NCBI GenBank assembly: GCA_018815765.1
Contig: JAHIWM010000102.1
Location: forward strand, 45,089-109,088
Source of the DNA: Gammaproteobacteria bacterium
GTDB taxonomy: Bacteria > Pseudomonadota > Gammaproteobacteria > Enterobacterales > Alteromonadaceae
Length of the DNA stretch: 64,000 bases
Reading direction: 5' to 3'
How positions within the stretch are numbered: the stretch's first letter is position 1; each line of letters opens with the position of its first letter. Of the stretch, positions 1-10,090 are shown in pieces. Both the position numbers and the translations under genes were made by a program. Under the pieces are notes generated by a model. That model was not told the origin of the DNA. It did no database searches and saw only the letters and a program-made list of their open reading frames with translations.

Positions 1-132
1 GCCGGTGACTTAGGTCCTGAAAGCCTGGTCTTTGTGCCAGCAGCAGACAGTGCTACAGGTCAGGCCCTGTTGTTGATGGCGAACGAAGTCAGTGGCAGCT
101 TAACGGTATTTGAAGTTAGTCCACGTTATTAA
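1..132 (+). CDS. 3' fragment of a secreted beta-propeller protein (choice-of-anchor I / phytase-like family, often annotated alkaline phosphatase)
   Basis: Frame 1 is open from the window edge to TAA 130-132. The tail ...[39 protein letters not shown] resembles the conserved last blade of that family. The 5' end is outside the window. Confidence 0.4.
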   Translation, partial: AGDLGPESLVFVPAADSATGQALLLMANEVSGSLTVFEVSPRY

Positions 133-318
133 TGCCTGTCGCATTGAGGGGGACAATTCCTCCTCAGTGCTCTCATTCTACTGAAAACACAGCTTTTTTT
201 TCTTCCTTACAATACAATCCTAACCACTGCTACTATACTGAGCCCGGACGATCTGAGCATGATGCTGGTTTATCTGTGATCTTTTATACCGACATCACAT
301 GCTTCTGCCCTGAGGAAT

Positions 319-741
319 ATGAAAGACGTGAAAACCAAGTTAGTTATTGCTGGCTCTGTACTTTGGGCATGTTCTGCCTTAGCCACAGAAGTAGTAACTC
401 ATCCTGCCGTGCCCATGGACCAGCTGACTGTCACTCAGCTGCGCGGTATCTATTCTATGCGGCAACAAAACTGGCCTGACGGTACTGCAGTCCGGGTTTT
501 TGTATTACCTGCAAAAAATCAGCTGCATCAGGCTTTTGCCAAAGAAAAACTACAGATGTTCCCTTATCAGTTGGACAGGATCTGGCAAAAAATTACTTAT
601 TCAGGTTTAGGTGCTGCGCCGGTGGTGCTGAGCTCTGAGCAACAAATGCGTGAAATGGTAGCCACTACCGAAGGTGCTATCGGCTATATCGAGAATTCAG
701 ATGAACTATCCAAGCTTAAAGTCATTCGTGTTACGCAGTAA
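319..741 (+). CDS. small periplasmic PstS/PBP-like domain protein
   Basis: 140 aa with signal peptide KLVIAGSVLWACSALA/TE. The GAIGYI motif near the C-terminus matches phosphate-binding-protein-like domains. GAGGAA lies just upstream of the ATG. Confidence 0.5.
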   Translation: MKDVKTKLVIAGSVLWACSALATEVVTHPAVPMDQLTVTQLRGIYSMRQQNWPDGTAVRVFVLPAKNQLHQAFAKEKLQMFPYQLDRIWQKITYSGLGAAPVVLSSEQQMREMVATTEGAIGYIENSDELSKLKVIRVTQ

Positions 742-1915
742 GCTATGCCTTTTACTGCTACTGGGCTGTTCATTACAGCTGCAGGCAGAAGGGCTAAAGA
801 CTGATAAAGTGCAATGGCATGGTTTTATTTCACAGGGCCTTATTCAGGCGCCTGAAACGAACTTCGTCAATCTGGACGACAGTATTTCTGCTGAACTGAC
901 CGATCTGGGCGTTAATATGTCCTGGGCCTTGTCTGACAACCTGCGGTTGGCAGGGCAGGTGGTGTATCTGGATGGCGGTCGTCGTTACGTCAAAGGCACA
1001 CGACTGGATTATTTGTTTTTAGACTGGACTTTGCACAGTGATTTTGACTGGCAACTGGATATGTTTGTTGGCCGTTTTAAAAACCAGCATTGGCTCTATT
1101 CCGCGACCCGCGATGTACCTTTTACCCGCAACGCTATAGTTTTACCGCAATCTGTGTATTTTGATTCCTTCCGTGATATTGCGGTTGGCAGTGATGGTCT
1201 GGCGTTTAAAGTCACCCGCAATACAGCTATGGGTGAAATTGAGCTGAACTGGAGCTGGGGTTCTACCAATTTAGGCAAAGAGCAGAGTCAGATCCTGTTG
1301 AGTACTTTGGCACAAGGTGATGCTGAGCAAGAGTATGTGCATCAGGCCAGTGTATTCTGGCGCCCGGAGCAGTCGGCCTGGCAGCTTGGCCTGTCCTTAC
1401 TGGATTCTGATTTTAGCTATGAAAAAGCCGATCTGGATTATTACGACGATGGCGCTATGACAGTACAAAGGGTGATGCTTAATGGCCGTTATGCTGCTGA
1501 ATACTGGGAGCTGAGCAGTGAGTGGGTGCAGGAGCGACTGGATATCAGCGACTTCTATGCGCCGGGATTTAAACGCAACAGCTTTAGCCAGGGATGGTAT
1601 GTGCAGGGCCGTTACAATCTGTTGCCACGCACCTGGGCCTTATTAAGTCTGGATATGTTTGATTTGGATAAAGACGATCGCAGTGGACGTAAGTTTTCTG
1701 CAAGTACTGGTGGTTTAGTGCCAGCTTATTTTGGTTATCAGGATGAGCTTACCTTTGGCCTAACTTATGATTTCAAAGATAATTTGCGCCTGACTATGGA
1801 ACATCATTGGGTGAAAGGAACTGCTCGCCTGGCTTACCCTGTGATGCCTGATCTGCAACACAATAAATCTGAGTACTGGCAAATGTGGGCTATGCAATTG
1901 ATGTACTGGTTTTAA
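701..1915 (+). CDS. outer-membrane beta-barrel protein (porin-like, family unassigned)
   Basis: Signal peptide KLCLLLLLGCSLQLQA/EG, alternating-hydrophobic strand pattern, aromatic C-terminus ...QLMYWF. Start is uncertain (ATG 674 or 701, or GTG 728) and overlaps the upstream gene. Confidence 0.55.
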   Translation: MNYPSLKSFVLRSKLCLLLLLGCSLQLQAEGLKTDKVQWHGFISQGLIQAPETNFVNLDDSISAELTDLGVNMSWALSDNLRLAGQVVYLDGGRRYVKGTRLDYLFLDWTLHSDFDWQLDMFVGRFKNQHWLYSATRDVPFTRNAIVLPQSVYFDSFRDIAVGSDGLAFKVTRNTAMGEIELNWSWGSTNLGKEQSQILLSTLAQGDAEQEYVHQASVFWRPEQSAWQLGLSLLDSDFSYEKADLDYYDDGAMTVQRVMLNGRYAAEYWELSSEWVQERLDISDFYAPGFKRNSFSQGWYVQGRYNLLPRTWALLSLDMFDLDKDDRSGRKFSASTGGLVPAYFGYQDELTFGLTYDFKDNLRLTMEHHWVKGTARLAYPVMPDLQHNKSEYWQMWAMQLMYWF

Positions 1916-1920
1916 TCCTG

Positions 1921-4338
1921 ATGCGGCCTTTTGTATTTAGTTTACCCTGGAAAATTTTGCTGGCGACCATCAGTGCCTTGCTTTGTATGACGGTGCTGCA
2001 AACCAGTCTGGGTTTGATGCGGATGAGCGAAGAGTTTGACCGGCAGCAACAAGTCAAACGTGAGTCGGCACGACAACAGTATCTGCAACAAAATACTATT
2101 ATTGAGCAACAGCTGCGGGTATGGCTGGAGAGCTTTTCCGATCTGGTTCAGTTAAGCCAGCAAGCTGACTTTTCTGCCTTTATCGAGCGTTTAGCTGAAC
2201 AAAGTGCCAATATGCAGTTGCACCTGAATATTGAGCAAATCTGGTTGCATAACAGTGATATGCAACTGTTATTCAGCAGCGGACAACAAACCCCTTATTT
2301 TTCTCCCTCTCTGGTACAAAAAGTACTGAAACAACAAAGCCCACTGACGGCTAATTTATGTATGCAATATTGTGTGAAGCAACTGAGCTTACCTGTGCTT
2401 AATAGCTCGGGTGAAGTGGCAGTAATGACGGTAACAACAACCTTGGTTGATGTTTTATCGGCGCTACATCAAAGCCTGAACTCTGATGTGGCCTTAATTC
2501 GTGCCAGCAAAACTGCAGCAGGGACAATTAATCGTGAGCTGATATCCAGTTCCAATCCGGAATTGTTAAAAGCACTGTTGCAGAGAGTTTCTGATCTTGA
2601 GGCCGATTTGGCTTTAAGTAAGGGGCTGGAGTTACAGCACAACGGCCAGCAGTACCTGATTTCTGCGTTTGAGATGCAAAGTCAGGGGGTGTACCTGACA
2701 GTGGTGGATAACATCAGTGACTTTGTTGCGACCAATAACGGTTATCGTCGCCAGTTACTTATTACCTCAGTGATTTTGTTTGGTTGTATGGTGCTGTTGG
2801 TGTATCTGATTATGAGGCGGATCAGCCAGAGGTTAAAAACTCTGAGTAAAGCCCTGCCGCTGCTTTCGCAAAAACAATATGCTGGTTTTCGTCAGCAAAG
2901 CCATTTTCAGGCCAGTTTATGGCCGGATGAAGTAGATTTGTTGCGTCAGGCCGCAGAAGAGCTGAGTGTAGAGCTGGAGCTGCTCAACCATAAAGTAGAG
3001 CAGCACACCAACGAGCTGGAAAAGGTCGCGATGTATGATCTGCTGACGACTTTACCGAACAGGAATATGTTGCAGTATCAGCTAGAACGTATGCTGAGTG
3101 GCCAAATTGCAGAAAAAAAACTTCTGGCTGTGCTTTTTGTCGATTTAGATGACTTTAAACGCATTAACGACAGTTTAGGTCATGCCCATGGTGATAAGTT
3201 ACTAAAACTGGTGGCATTGCGTTTAAAGGACTGCTGCAGGACGAATGATCTGTTGTGCCGCTTTGGCGGTGATGAGTTTGTGTTTGTATTGCCCCAGCTG
3301 ACCGATGTTGAGACACCCTTTCGTTTGGCCAGCCAGATATTGCAACGTATTCAGCAACCTTTGACTATTGATCAACAAAACTTTGTGATGACGGCCAGTA
3401 TAGGTTTAACCATGAGTGCTGCTGAGACTGTGGTGTCTGATGATTTAATACGCCAGGCTGATTTGGCCATGCACGAAGTGAAACTCAATGGAGGGAATGG
3501 CGCTCAGGCCTATAACCTCGATATGTATCAGCGGGTACAACAACGAGTGCTGCTGGAGCAGGATTTAAAAGAAGCCTTAGTGCTGAACCAATTTAGCATC
3601 AGTTTCCAGCCGCAAATGACCATAGCGACAGGTGCCCTGTATGGCTTTGAAGCCTTGATCCGCTGGCGTCATCCGGTGCGGGGTATGGTACCGCCGGACG
3701 AGTTTATTCCGGTGCTGGAGCAATCCAGACAAATAGTACCTTTAGGTTACTGGATCATCGAACAATGTATGCAGCAATGCCTGAGTTTATTGCATAGCGG
3801 CTGGCATCATTTCCGTATCGCAATTAATTTGTCGGCAGAGCAGTTTGTTGACCCGGAGTTGATCCCAACACTAAAACGGTTATTGGATAAGTACGAACTG
3901 CAGGGCTCGTACTTTGAATTGGAACTGACAGAACGCACGTTAGTGCAAAGTATCGAAACCATGCTGAATATCATGTCGCAAATCAAAGCCATGGGCATTC
4001 ATTTTGCTATTGATGATTTTGGTACAGGTTATTCGTCCTTGAGCTATCTGAAAAAGATGCCTATGGATTGCATCAAAATTGATAAGAGCTTTTTGTCCGG
4101 CATGTTAGAAAACGCTGCAGACTTTCAGATCATCGCCTCGACCATAGCCATGGTGCAAAAGCTACAACTACAGGTTGTGGCAGAAGGGGTGGAGACGCGT
4201 GAACAATTGGAGTTACTGCGCCAGCAAGGCTGCGATATAGCGCAGGGTTATCTGATCGCCAGACCCATTCCACAAGCTGAACTGGCTGGCTTCTTAGAAG
4301 AACATTTCCCGAAAGGTATTTGGCGGGGTCATAACTAA
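1921..4338 (+). CDS. membrane sensor diguanylate cyclase/phosphodiesterase (periplasmic sensor-TM-GGDEF-EAL)
   Basis: Motifs RFGGDEFVFVL (GGDEF); EALIRW, ELTER, DDFGTGYSSLSYL, KIDKSF and VAEGVET (EAL). Two TM segments flank a roughly 270-aa periplasmic region. ATG 1921 follows the upstream stop at 1915; the ORF-track start at 1885 overlaps that gene. Confidence 0.85.
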   Translation: MRPFVFSLPWKILLATISALLCMTVLQTSLGLMRMSEEFDRQQQVKRESARQQYLQQNTIIEQQLRVWLESFSDLVQLSQQADFSAFIERLAEQSANMQLHLNIEQIWLHNSDMQLLFSSGQQTPYFSPSLVQKVLKQQSPLTANLCMQYCVKQLSLPVLNSSGEVAVMTVTTTLVDVLSALHQSLNSDVALIRASKTAAGTINRELISSSNPELLKALLQRVSDLEADLALSKGLELQHNGQQYLISAFEMQSQGVYLTVVDNISDFVATNNGYRRQLLITSVILFGCMVLLVYLIMRRISQRLKTLSKALPLLSQKQYAGFRQQSHFQASLWPDEVDLLRQAAEELSVELELLNHKVEQHTNELEKVAMYDLLTTLPNRNMLQYQLERMLSGQIAEKKLLAVLFVDLDDFKRINDSLGHAHGDKLLKLVALRLKDCCRTNDLLCRFGGDEFVFVLPQLTDVETPFRLASQILQRIQQPLTIDQQNFVMTASIGLTMSAAETVVSDDLIRQADLAMHEVKLNGGNGAQAYNLDMYQRVQQRVLLEQDLKEALVLNQFSISFQPQMTIATGALYGFEALIRWRHPVRGMVPPDEFIPVLEQSRQIVPLGYWIIEQCMQQCLSLLHSGWHHFRIAINLSAEQFVDPELIPTLKRLLDKYELQGSYFELELTERTLVQSIETMLNIMSQIKAMGIHFAIDDFGTGYSSLSYLKKMPMDCIKIDKSFLSGMLENAADFQIIASTIAMVQKLQLQVVAEGVETREQLELLRQQGCDIAQGYLIARPIPQAELAGFLEEHFPKGIWRGHN

Positions 4339-4391
4339 TTCGGGTCAGAGTAAAATTAAGTCTGCAGTTTAATTTTACTCTGACCCGAATT
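4337..4391. repeat. palindromic intergenic repeat, subfamily A copy 1 (bidirectional terminator-like)
   Basis: AATTCGGGTCAGAGTAAAATTAA-gtctgcagt-TTAATTTTACTCTGACCCGAATT forms a perfect 23-bp stem. It fills the gap between the convergent stops at 4338 and 4397. Near-identical copies are at 17558 and 42550. Confidence 0.85.
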
Positions 4392-4396
4392 AGTTT

Positions 4397-7300
4397 TTAG
4401 CGGCAAAGCTGGCCTTGTTGGATATAAGGACTCAGAATTGGCGCCATGCCTTTCAGTACCTGCAGTGGTAAAGCTGAAGTGAAACTGAAATCTTCGGCAC
4501 CTTTGCCCGGTACAAAAGCTGTCAGAGTACCGAAGTGATTGTCTCCCAGATAAAACACAAAGGTAGCGGTGCGGTTGATGGTGGTGGCTTGCACAGTACG
4601 GCCACGGATCACTTGAGTGGCCATCTTGTTATCACCAGTGCCCGTTTTGCCCCCTATCAGTAAAGGTGTGCCATCCATTTTAGTAAATGAACCCTGTAAA
4701 CGACGGGCTGTACCACCGTTGGCTACTTCCGATAACGCAAAACGTAAGGCTCTGGCCACTTCTGATTTCATCACCCGCTGGGCCTCGTAAGGCTGATATT
4801 TTAACTTCACTTCATAAGGGGTGTTGGCAGCAAAATGCAGCTGATCCACTCGTACTGTAGGCAATAACATACCGTCATTCTGAATAATACCAATCAGCTC
4901 AGCTAAAGAGGCAGGTCTGTCGCCTGAGCTGCCCAGCGCCGTGCCCAGTGAAGGCACCAGGTGGTCAAAAGCGTAACCGAGTTTTTTCCAGCGCTGGTGA
5001 ATATCCAGAAAAGCTTCGACTTCCAGCATAATGCGGATACGGGTATCACGTGCGCTGCGATTCGAGGTTTTAAACAACCAGCGATACACTTGTTGGCGCT
5101 GGTCGACAGAAGCGTCAACCGCTTCTTTAAATGTGGCTTGTGGGTTTTTGTGCATAAAACTCAATAACCACAGTTCCAGCGGGTGAACTTTGGCGATGTA
5201 GCCCTGATCCATCAGACTGAACTTGCCAGGACCGTATTTGTTATACAGCTCATCAATATCTTTGACCGTCAGGTTTTCTTCCGGCAGACGTTGCTGCAAA
5301 AAGGCACTGAAGTTAGCGAAGTCGGCATCAGGCAATAAGTACCTGTGTACCGCCGCCAGCCGATCTGGTGTTTGTTTTAACCCTTCAAAAAAGGTAGTTA
5401 AACGGTCTTCTTCGGTTTTTTTCTGGTATTTACGCCAGAAACGCTGCAGGAAAGAGCTACCTTCTTTGTCGGCAAAACGGCGTAAGTAATCTTCACGACG
5501 TGGATCTTTATCGTTTTTCAGTAATAAAGAGGTGCTGCCCGCGGTTTGGTAGCTGCTGCTGTAGGCCACTATGTCGCGCATAATACGCACGAAAGGCAGG
5601 TTAATGGATTCTTTTAATGACTCCAGTACAGTTGGAACTCTACTGTCTTCTTTTCTCTGGAAGTTATTAAATACCTGCAAGCCACCACCGGTAAAAAAGC
5701 GTTCGGAAGGTGAGGCTGAATAAGTACGCTGCAAGGCTGCGTCGAGCATCTTCGGCAAAGCACGATCTGCTGTATGCGCCATGTAAGTGGCAGCCCAGCG
5801 GGTTAAATTATCGTTTGGTGCTATTTCAAGGTTGAGCAGGTTTTCCGGTAACTCATCAATAAAAGAGTCATGCAGCTCGGCGATAATCTCCAGATAAGTG
5901 GTCAGCACCCGTAGTTTGGCGGTAGAACCTAATTCCAGCTTGCTGCCTTCGTTTAAATCAAAAGGCTGATCAGTGTTGTCGGTTTGCACCCGCACTCTGT
6001 TGCCACCTGGTGTTTTTTCAAACAAGGTAAAGCTGTAGGTTACTTTGTCTGTATTAGTGGCACTTAACAGTTTTTCGCCCAATAAACCTACTTTTTCTGC
6101 CACAGCAGGGGAGGCCAGACTATTGAGGTAGTGACTGACTTTTTGCTGCAATTCATGGTGTAGCGACACTTTAGCTGTTAAATCCAGCCGGTCTAAATCG
6201 TACAGCTGCTGATTCAATAAGGTACCCAGACGACCCCGCGCTACGTTGATCCCTTTGAGGGTTTGCGCGTCCTGTTTAATGCCGGTAGCCTTGCCGCCTT
6301 TAAATAATAAACGTTGTGACATGGCGGAATCAGCCAGATCTTTGTCTATCACTTTGGCATTCGCCAGCACCCTTAAATGGCTGTTGGTTAACTCTTCTAA
6401 ATCATCATGGCCTTGTAACAAGTAATAAGACGGACGACGCTGAGCTATCATCAACGCCAGCACCTGACGTAATGCCAAACCTCTTAAGCTCTTATTTTGT
6501 TCCGTGGGTTCGGCATTTAAAACCTTATTGAATCGACCAAAGTCGGTGCCAAACCAAGCCCATAATGCATCACCCACACCATGTACTTCGCCAAAACCAG
6601 GGGCTGAAGACAAGGGCACAGAGTTTAAGTAATCCAGCACAATTTCATGCCGGGTTAAAGAGGTATCGGCGCCATAACGATAGGCCCGCACTGAACCTGA
6701 CACCATCTGCAAAAACTTATCGGTGAAACTTTGGGTTAAGCCCTGGGGTGAATGGCGGTATTTTTCAATCTGAGTGGCCAGCGTACTGCCCCCTGCTGAC
6801 TGGCCCTCTAAATTTAAAACTTTAGTCACCTGAGACACAGCTGCCATCATAAAACGTGGCCAGTCTACGGCTGGGTTAGCGCGGGCAGGTGAGGTTAAAA
6901 GTTTACGGTTTTCTATAAATAACAGGCTGTTACGTACAACAGCAGGTACATCAGCCGGATGGTCGTAAACCCGTTGCGGATGAGAAAACGAAAACAGCTC
7001 TTCGTTACGGCAATCGCCAATTAATAAACCACCCTGAGCTTTTTCACGGTAGGGCGGGAAAAATCCTAATTGGGTGTAAAACAGCAGATCAGGTGAAAAA
7101 ACTGCTTGTTGTTCAATAACAAAATTGCTTTGAGTCAGACGCGGAATGAATTTAGGTAGTTTGGAGTAACCCAAACGTTGATCAAAAGGACCTGCAATAG
7201 GATAAGACACCTGATCGGTAGCGCCAGACTGCAACTTATAGGTTAGTTTTTTGGCATAAGCACTTATTTCTGTCGCCTGATAATGCGCGGTATGCAGCTC

Positions 7301-7495
7301 ATAAATCACCAGCGCTGTGCCGGATAACAACAGTAAAATAAATAACCATGGAATAAGGCTACGACGGCGTGGCCGAACAACAGGCGCGGGTTGTTCCGAC
7401 TGTCTTTCGTCACGGTAGTTATCAAATTGCATCTGATTATAATCTGGTGGGGATGACAAGTTCTTATCCATGAGTTCAGGCATCTGCCATGTCAT
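4397..7495 (-). CDS. large bitopic GT51 transglycosylase / penicillin-binding-like protein
   Basis: 1032 aa with an N-terminal TM segment (IPWLFILLLLSGTALVIY). GT51-like motifs are FIENRKLL, GGSTLATQIEKY and EIVLDYLNSVPL. Downstream are SxxK-like LGSTAKL and KTG-like GGKTGTGDN. Confidence 0.6.
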   Translation of the reverse strand: MTWQMPELMDKNLSSPPDYNQMQFDNYRDERQSEQPAPVVRPRRRSLIPWLFILLLLSGTALVIYELHTAHYQATEISAYAKKLTYKLQSGATDQVSYPIAGPFDQRLGYSKLPKFIPRLTQSNFVIEQQAVFSPDLLFYTQLGFFPPYREKAQGGLLIGDCRNEELFSFSHPQRVYDHPADVPAVVRNSLLFIENRKLLTSPARANPAVDWPRFMMAAVSQVTKVLNLEGQSAGGSTLATQIEKYRHSPQGLTQSFTDKFLQMVSGSVRAYRYGADTSLTRHEIVLDYLNSVPLSSAPGFGEVHGVGDALWAWFGTDFGRFNKVLNAEPTEQNKSLRGLALRQVLALMIAQRRPSYYLLQGHDDLEELTNSHLRVLANAKVIDKDLADSAMSQRLLFKGGKATGIKQDAQTLKGINVARGRLGTLLNQQLYDLDRLDLTAKVSLHHELQQKVSHYLNSLASPAVAEKVGLLGEKLLSATNTDKVTYSFTLFEKTPGGNRVRVQTDNTDQPFDLNEGSKLELGSTAKLRVLTTYLEIIAELHDSFIDELPENLLNLEIAPNDNLTRWAATYMAHTADRALPKMLDAALQRTYSASPSERFFTGGGLQVFNNFQRKEDSRVPTVLESLKESINLPFVRIMRDIVAYSSSYQTAGSTSLLLKNDKDPRREDYLRRFADKEGSSFLQRFWRKYQKKTEEDRLTTFFEGLKQTPDRLAAVHRYLLPDADFANFSAFLQQRLPEENLTVKDIDELYNKYGPGKFSLMDQGYIAKVHPLELWLLSFMHKNPQATFKEAVDASVDQRQQVYRWLFKTSNRSARDTRIRIMLEVEAFLDIHQRWKKLGYAFDHLVPSLGTALGSSGDRPASLAELIGIIQNDGMLLPTVRVDQLHFAANTPYEVKLKYQPYEAQRVMKSEVARALRFALSEVANGGTARRLQGSFTKMDGTPLLIGGKTGTGDNKMATQVIRGRTVQATTINRTATFVFYLGDNHFGTLTAFVPGKGAEDFSFTSALPLQVLKGMAPILSPYIQQGQLCR

Positions 7496-7575
7496 TCGAT
7501 TTTAACTGGTATAAGCCTGCTTTGCAGCTGAATTTTGTTGAAGTTTTTGCATCAAACATACTGATTTGTCTCCAT

Positions 7576-8418
7576 TTACTGCTTTTTTTCCGGTTTCGAC
7601 TCTGAAGGCGCTGGTAAAACCTTCCTATCAAACCAAAGTTCGAGGCTTTGACGGAAGTTTGGATCCGCCTGAACTTTAGTAAGCACAGTATTTATGCGTT
7701 TTATTTGTTGTCGCCCCCAGTCGCTATTACTACAGCCAACAGCTCCGGCAATAGGCTGAGACAACTCGGCAATAGGCACATAAACCAGACCTTTAGCCTG
7801 CTCTGGTGCTGTTTTGTTCATGTACGTCAGAATAATGTCGTAATCCAGCATGAAATCTATCCGGCCACTCTGAATCATTTTTAATAAGGCCACCGGACTG
7901 TCGTCACCGGATCGGATCAAGCCATTTTTACGGTAAGGCTCTAACAGCGGTTCAAGCTCACCGTATCTGCGCCCAGCAGCCAACCCAAGTTTAAAGGTTT
8001 GTGCCTCTAATAACTTTTCCAGGGTTAAGGGGGTGCCAAATTGCTGATTGAAGTGATGGGCCAGAGCTTCGCGGGTGATCACGCCCTGAGGCCTGTACCA
8101 ATGAGTAGGTGTGCTGAATACTGCGGTTTTAGTGGGCTCTTTTCTGTGGATCATGCAAGGAAAACACAACTTTTCCCTTTTATTCAGAGCCTGATGAATA
8201 CGGGTTTGTGGCATCAATAAAAGCTGATGTTTTGTTTCGGGCAGTTGTTTTTGGATACTACGCAAGAGTTGATCACACAGACCTTGTTGGTCAAAGGGAC
8301 CACCGACAATATGAAAAGGAGGAGCTGCATTGATCGCCCAGCTCAGCTGAGGTTTGGCGGTATTTGCTATGCTAGGGTTACTGAGCAGCAGCGCCACAAG
8401 AACCAAAACAAATTGCAT
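7576..8418 (-). CDS. periplasmic family-3 solute-binding-like protein (orphan)
   Basis: 280 aa with signal peptide LVALLLSNPSIA/NT. Overall pattern resembles amino-acid-ABC-type binding proteins. No permease or ATPase gene is adjacent. Confidence 0.5.
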   Translation of the reverse strand: MQFVLVLVALLLSNPSIANTAKPQLSWAINAAPPFHIVGGPFDQQGLCDQLLRSIQKQLPETKHQLLLMPQTRIHQALNKREKLCFPCMIHRKEPTKTAVFSTPTHWYRPQGVITREALAHHFNQQFGTPLTLEKLLEAQTFKLGLAAGRRYGELEPLLEPYRKNGLIRSGDDSPVALLKMIQSGRIDFMLDYDIILTYMNKTAPEQAKGLVYVPIAELSQPIAGAVGCSNSDWGRQQIKRINTVLTKVQADPNFRQSLELWFDRKVLPAPSESKPEKKQ

Positions 8419-8489
8419 TTGAGCGGTGCCTTAGGTTTTTCCTTAACATATTGTTAATCTAACCAAAGCATCGCAGGAGGACAAGGTTT

Positions 8490-8524
8490 AATTCAGTTCA
8501 GCAACAGAATCGCTGAACTGAATT
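8490..8524 (-). terminator. hairpin downstream of slyD
   Basis: AATTCAGTTCAGC-loop-GCTGAACTGAATT gives a 13-bp stem, 19 nt past the slyD stop. No clear U-run follows on the minus strand. Confidence 0.3.
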
Positions 8525-8542
8525 CATAAGCACAATGCTGGT

Positions 8543-9025
8543 TTAGTGGTGGTGATGACCACCTACACCATGAGCGTGACCATGCTCTATCTCTTCAGCT
8601 GAGGCTGCACGCACATCAATCACGTCAATCTCAAAACTCAGAGTTTTGCCGGCTAATGGGTGGTTGGTGTCTACTTCAGCTTTAAACATACCCACTTTAA
8701 CCACTGTGACCTGACGTTGACCCTGTTCAGTATTCACAACGGCCACCATGCCTGGTTTCCATTTTTTTGCGCCAACCAGGTGTTTTACCTGAACACTTTG
8801 AATCGAGTCTTCAGTGCGCTCACCGTAGGCATCAGCAGGTGCTAAAGTAGCGGTAAATTTGTCACCGGCCTGATGACCTTCCATTGATTTTTCTAAACCT
8901 TCAATCAGGTTGCCATGACCTTGCAGGTATAAAACCGGGTCCTGGCTTCTGGAGTTTTCTAATACGCCAGTCTCGTCTGACAGGGTGTAGTGGAATTGAA
9001 CCACGGTATCTTTAGTAATTTGCAT
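8543..9025 (-). CDS. slyD: FKBP-type peptidyl-prolyl isomerase / metallochaperone SlyD
   Basis: 160 aa. The N-terminus MQITKDTVVQFHYTL..., the IF-domain pattern and the His-rich tail EHGHAHGVGGHHHH are typical of SlyD. Confidence 0.9.
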   Translation of the reverse strand: MQITKDTVVQFHYTLSDETGVLENSRSQDPVLYLQGHGNLIEGLEKSMEGHQAGDKFTATLAPADAYGERTEDSIQSVQVKHLVGAKKWKPGMVAVVNTEQGQRQVTVVKVGMFKAEVDTNHPLAGKTLSFEIDVIDVRAASAEEIEHGHAHGVGGHHHH

Positions 9026-9098
9026 TGTCTGTTTATCCGCTGCTTGCTAAAAAATGGCCGCTATTATTACGCAACGGCGTTATCGGGTCGACTTTTTT

Positions 9099-9950
9099 CT
9101 ATGATTGATGCAGTAAAGCCGGGTGAGTTTGAGCCCAGCTTAACGGGTCCAAAGCGTAAAAGGATCGTAACTGCTGGTACAAAGCGCCATGCTGGGCAGT
9201 GAATAAATCAGGTTGTTCAAAAAACACCTCTGAAATGACCGCAAAAAACTCTGCCGGATTAGTGGCGGCGTACGAGTCAAACAAAGTAGGTAAGCCCAGT
9301 GCTAACTGCTTTTGCAGTTGTTCAAATTCGCGGGATAACACCAAAGACCACTCTTTATAAGCTTCTGTGCTGTTCAGTAAAGGAGCACCTGTGGCCTGAC
9401 CTTTTAGTTGATCCAACTGATGCGCAAACTCATGGATCACCAGATTATGACCATCGTTACAAATCGCTGCTGATTTTAAGGTATCGACCCATGACAAGAT
9501 AATCTGGCCGGTTTGCCAGGACTCTCCCAAACGCACTTGTGCCATTTCGCTGACGACTCCTGCTGTATCTGATTGCGCAGTGGGCACCACAAAAGCGGCC
9601 GGATAAATCAGAATTTGTTTTAACTTTGGGTAGTAATGAGCAGGTTTATTTAGCAGCAGCAAACAGGCCTGAGCTGCTATGGTGACTTTCATCTCGTCAG
9701 TGACAACTAAGTCAGCACAGCCAACAAATTGTTTTTCTGCGACAAAGACCTGGATCAGTTTTTTCAGTTGCAACTGCAAGTCAGCAGGCAAAGCCCGAAA
9801 GTAAGGCATACGATGTTTTAAAACTTGACGCCACGCGGCAGGAAAAGGCTGCTGCTGAATTTTTTTCCGGCGATATGTCTTCCAGACCGGAGGCAAAAAT
9901 ACCGCAGCTAACACCACTAATGTGAGCAAGGCTAACAACAATAAAGGCAC
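9099..9950 (-). CDS. mtfA: M90-family zinc peptidase MtfA (Mlc titration factor A-like)
   Basis: 283 aa with an N-terminal TM segment. HEFAHQLD zinc motif and NPAEFFAVISEVFFEQP are characteristic of MtfA/YeeI. Confidence 0.8.
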   Translation of the reverse strand: MPLLLLALLTLVVLAAVFLPPVWKTYRRKKIQQQPFPAAWRQVLKHRMPYFRALPADLQLQLKKLIQVFVAEKQFVGCADLVVTDEMKVTIAAQACLLLLNKPAHYYPKLKQILIYPAAFVVPTAQSDTAGVVSEMAQVRLGESWQTGQIILSWVDTLKSAAICNDGHNLVIHEFAHQLDQLKGQATGAPLLNSTEAYKEWSLVLSREFEQLQKQLALGLPTLFDSYAATNPAEFFAVISEVFFEQPDLFTAQHGALYQQLRSFYALDPLSWAQTHPALLHQS

Positions 9951-10090
9951 TGAATGTGCTCCAACTGATCTCTGATGAAGCTGTTATGGCGGCGCTACAG
10001 ATAAATTCAAGGTCAGAGTGACTGAAGAGGTTGCGTCTTTACAGAAAAAAACTATACCCTTTGAGTATCTATAAGTGATCGAGCCTGCTG

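Noticed and set aside
132-479. 115-aa ORF overlapping the 5' region of the PBP-like gene
   Set aside because: It has no RBS, an odd Cys/His-rich composition, and overlaps the better-supported 319-741 gene in another frame.
8543-8575. His-rich tail (HGHAHGVGGHHHH) as an engineered tag
   Set aside because: A natural metal-binding His-rich C-terminus is a known feature of SlyD.
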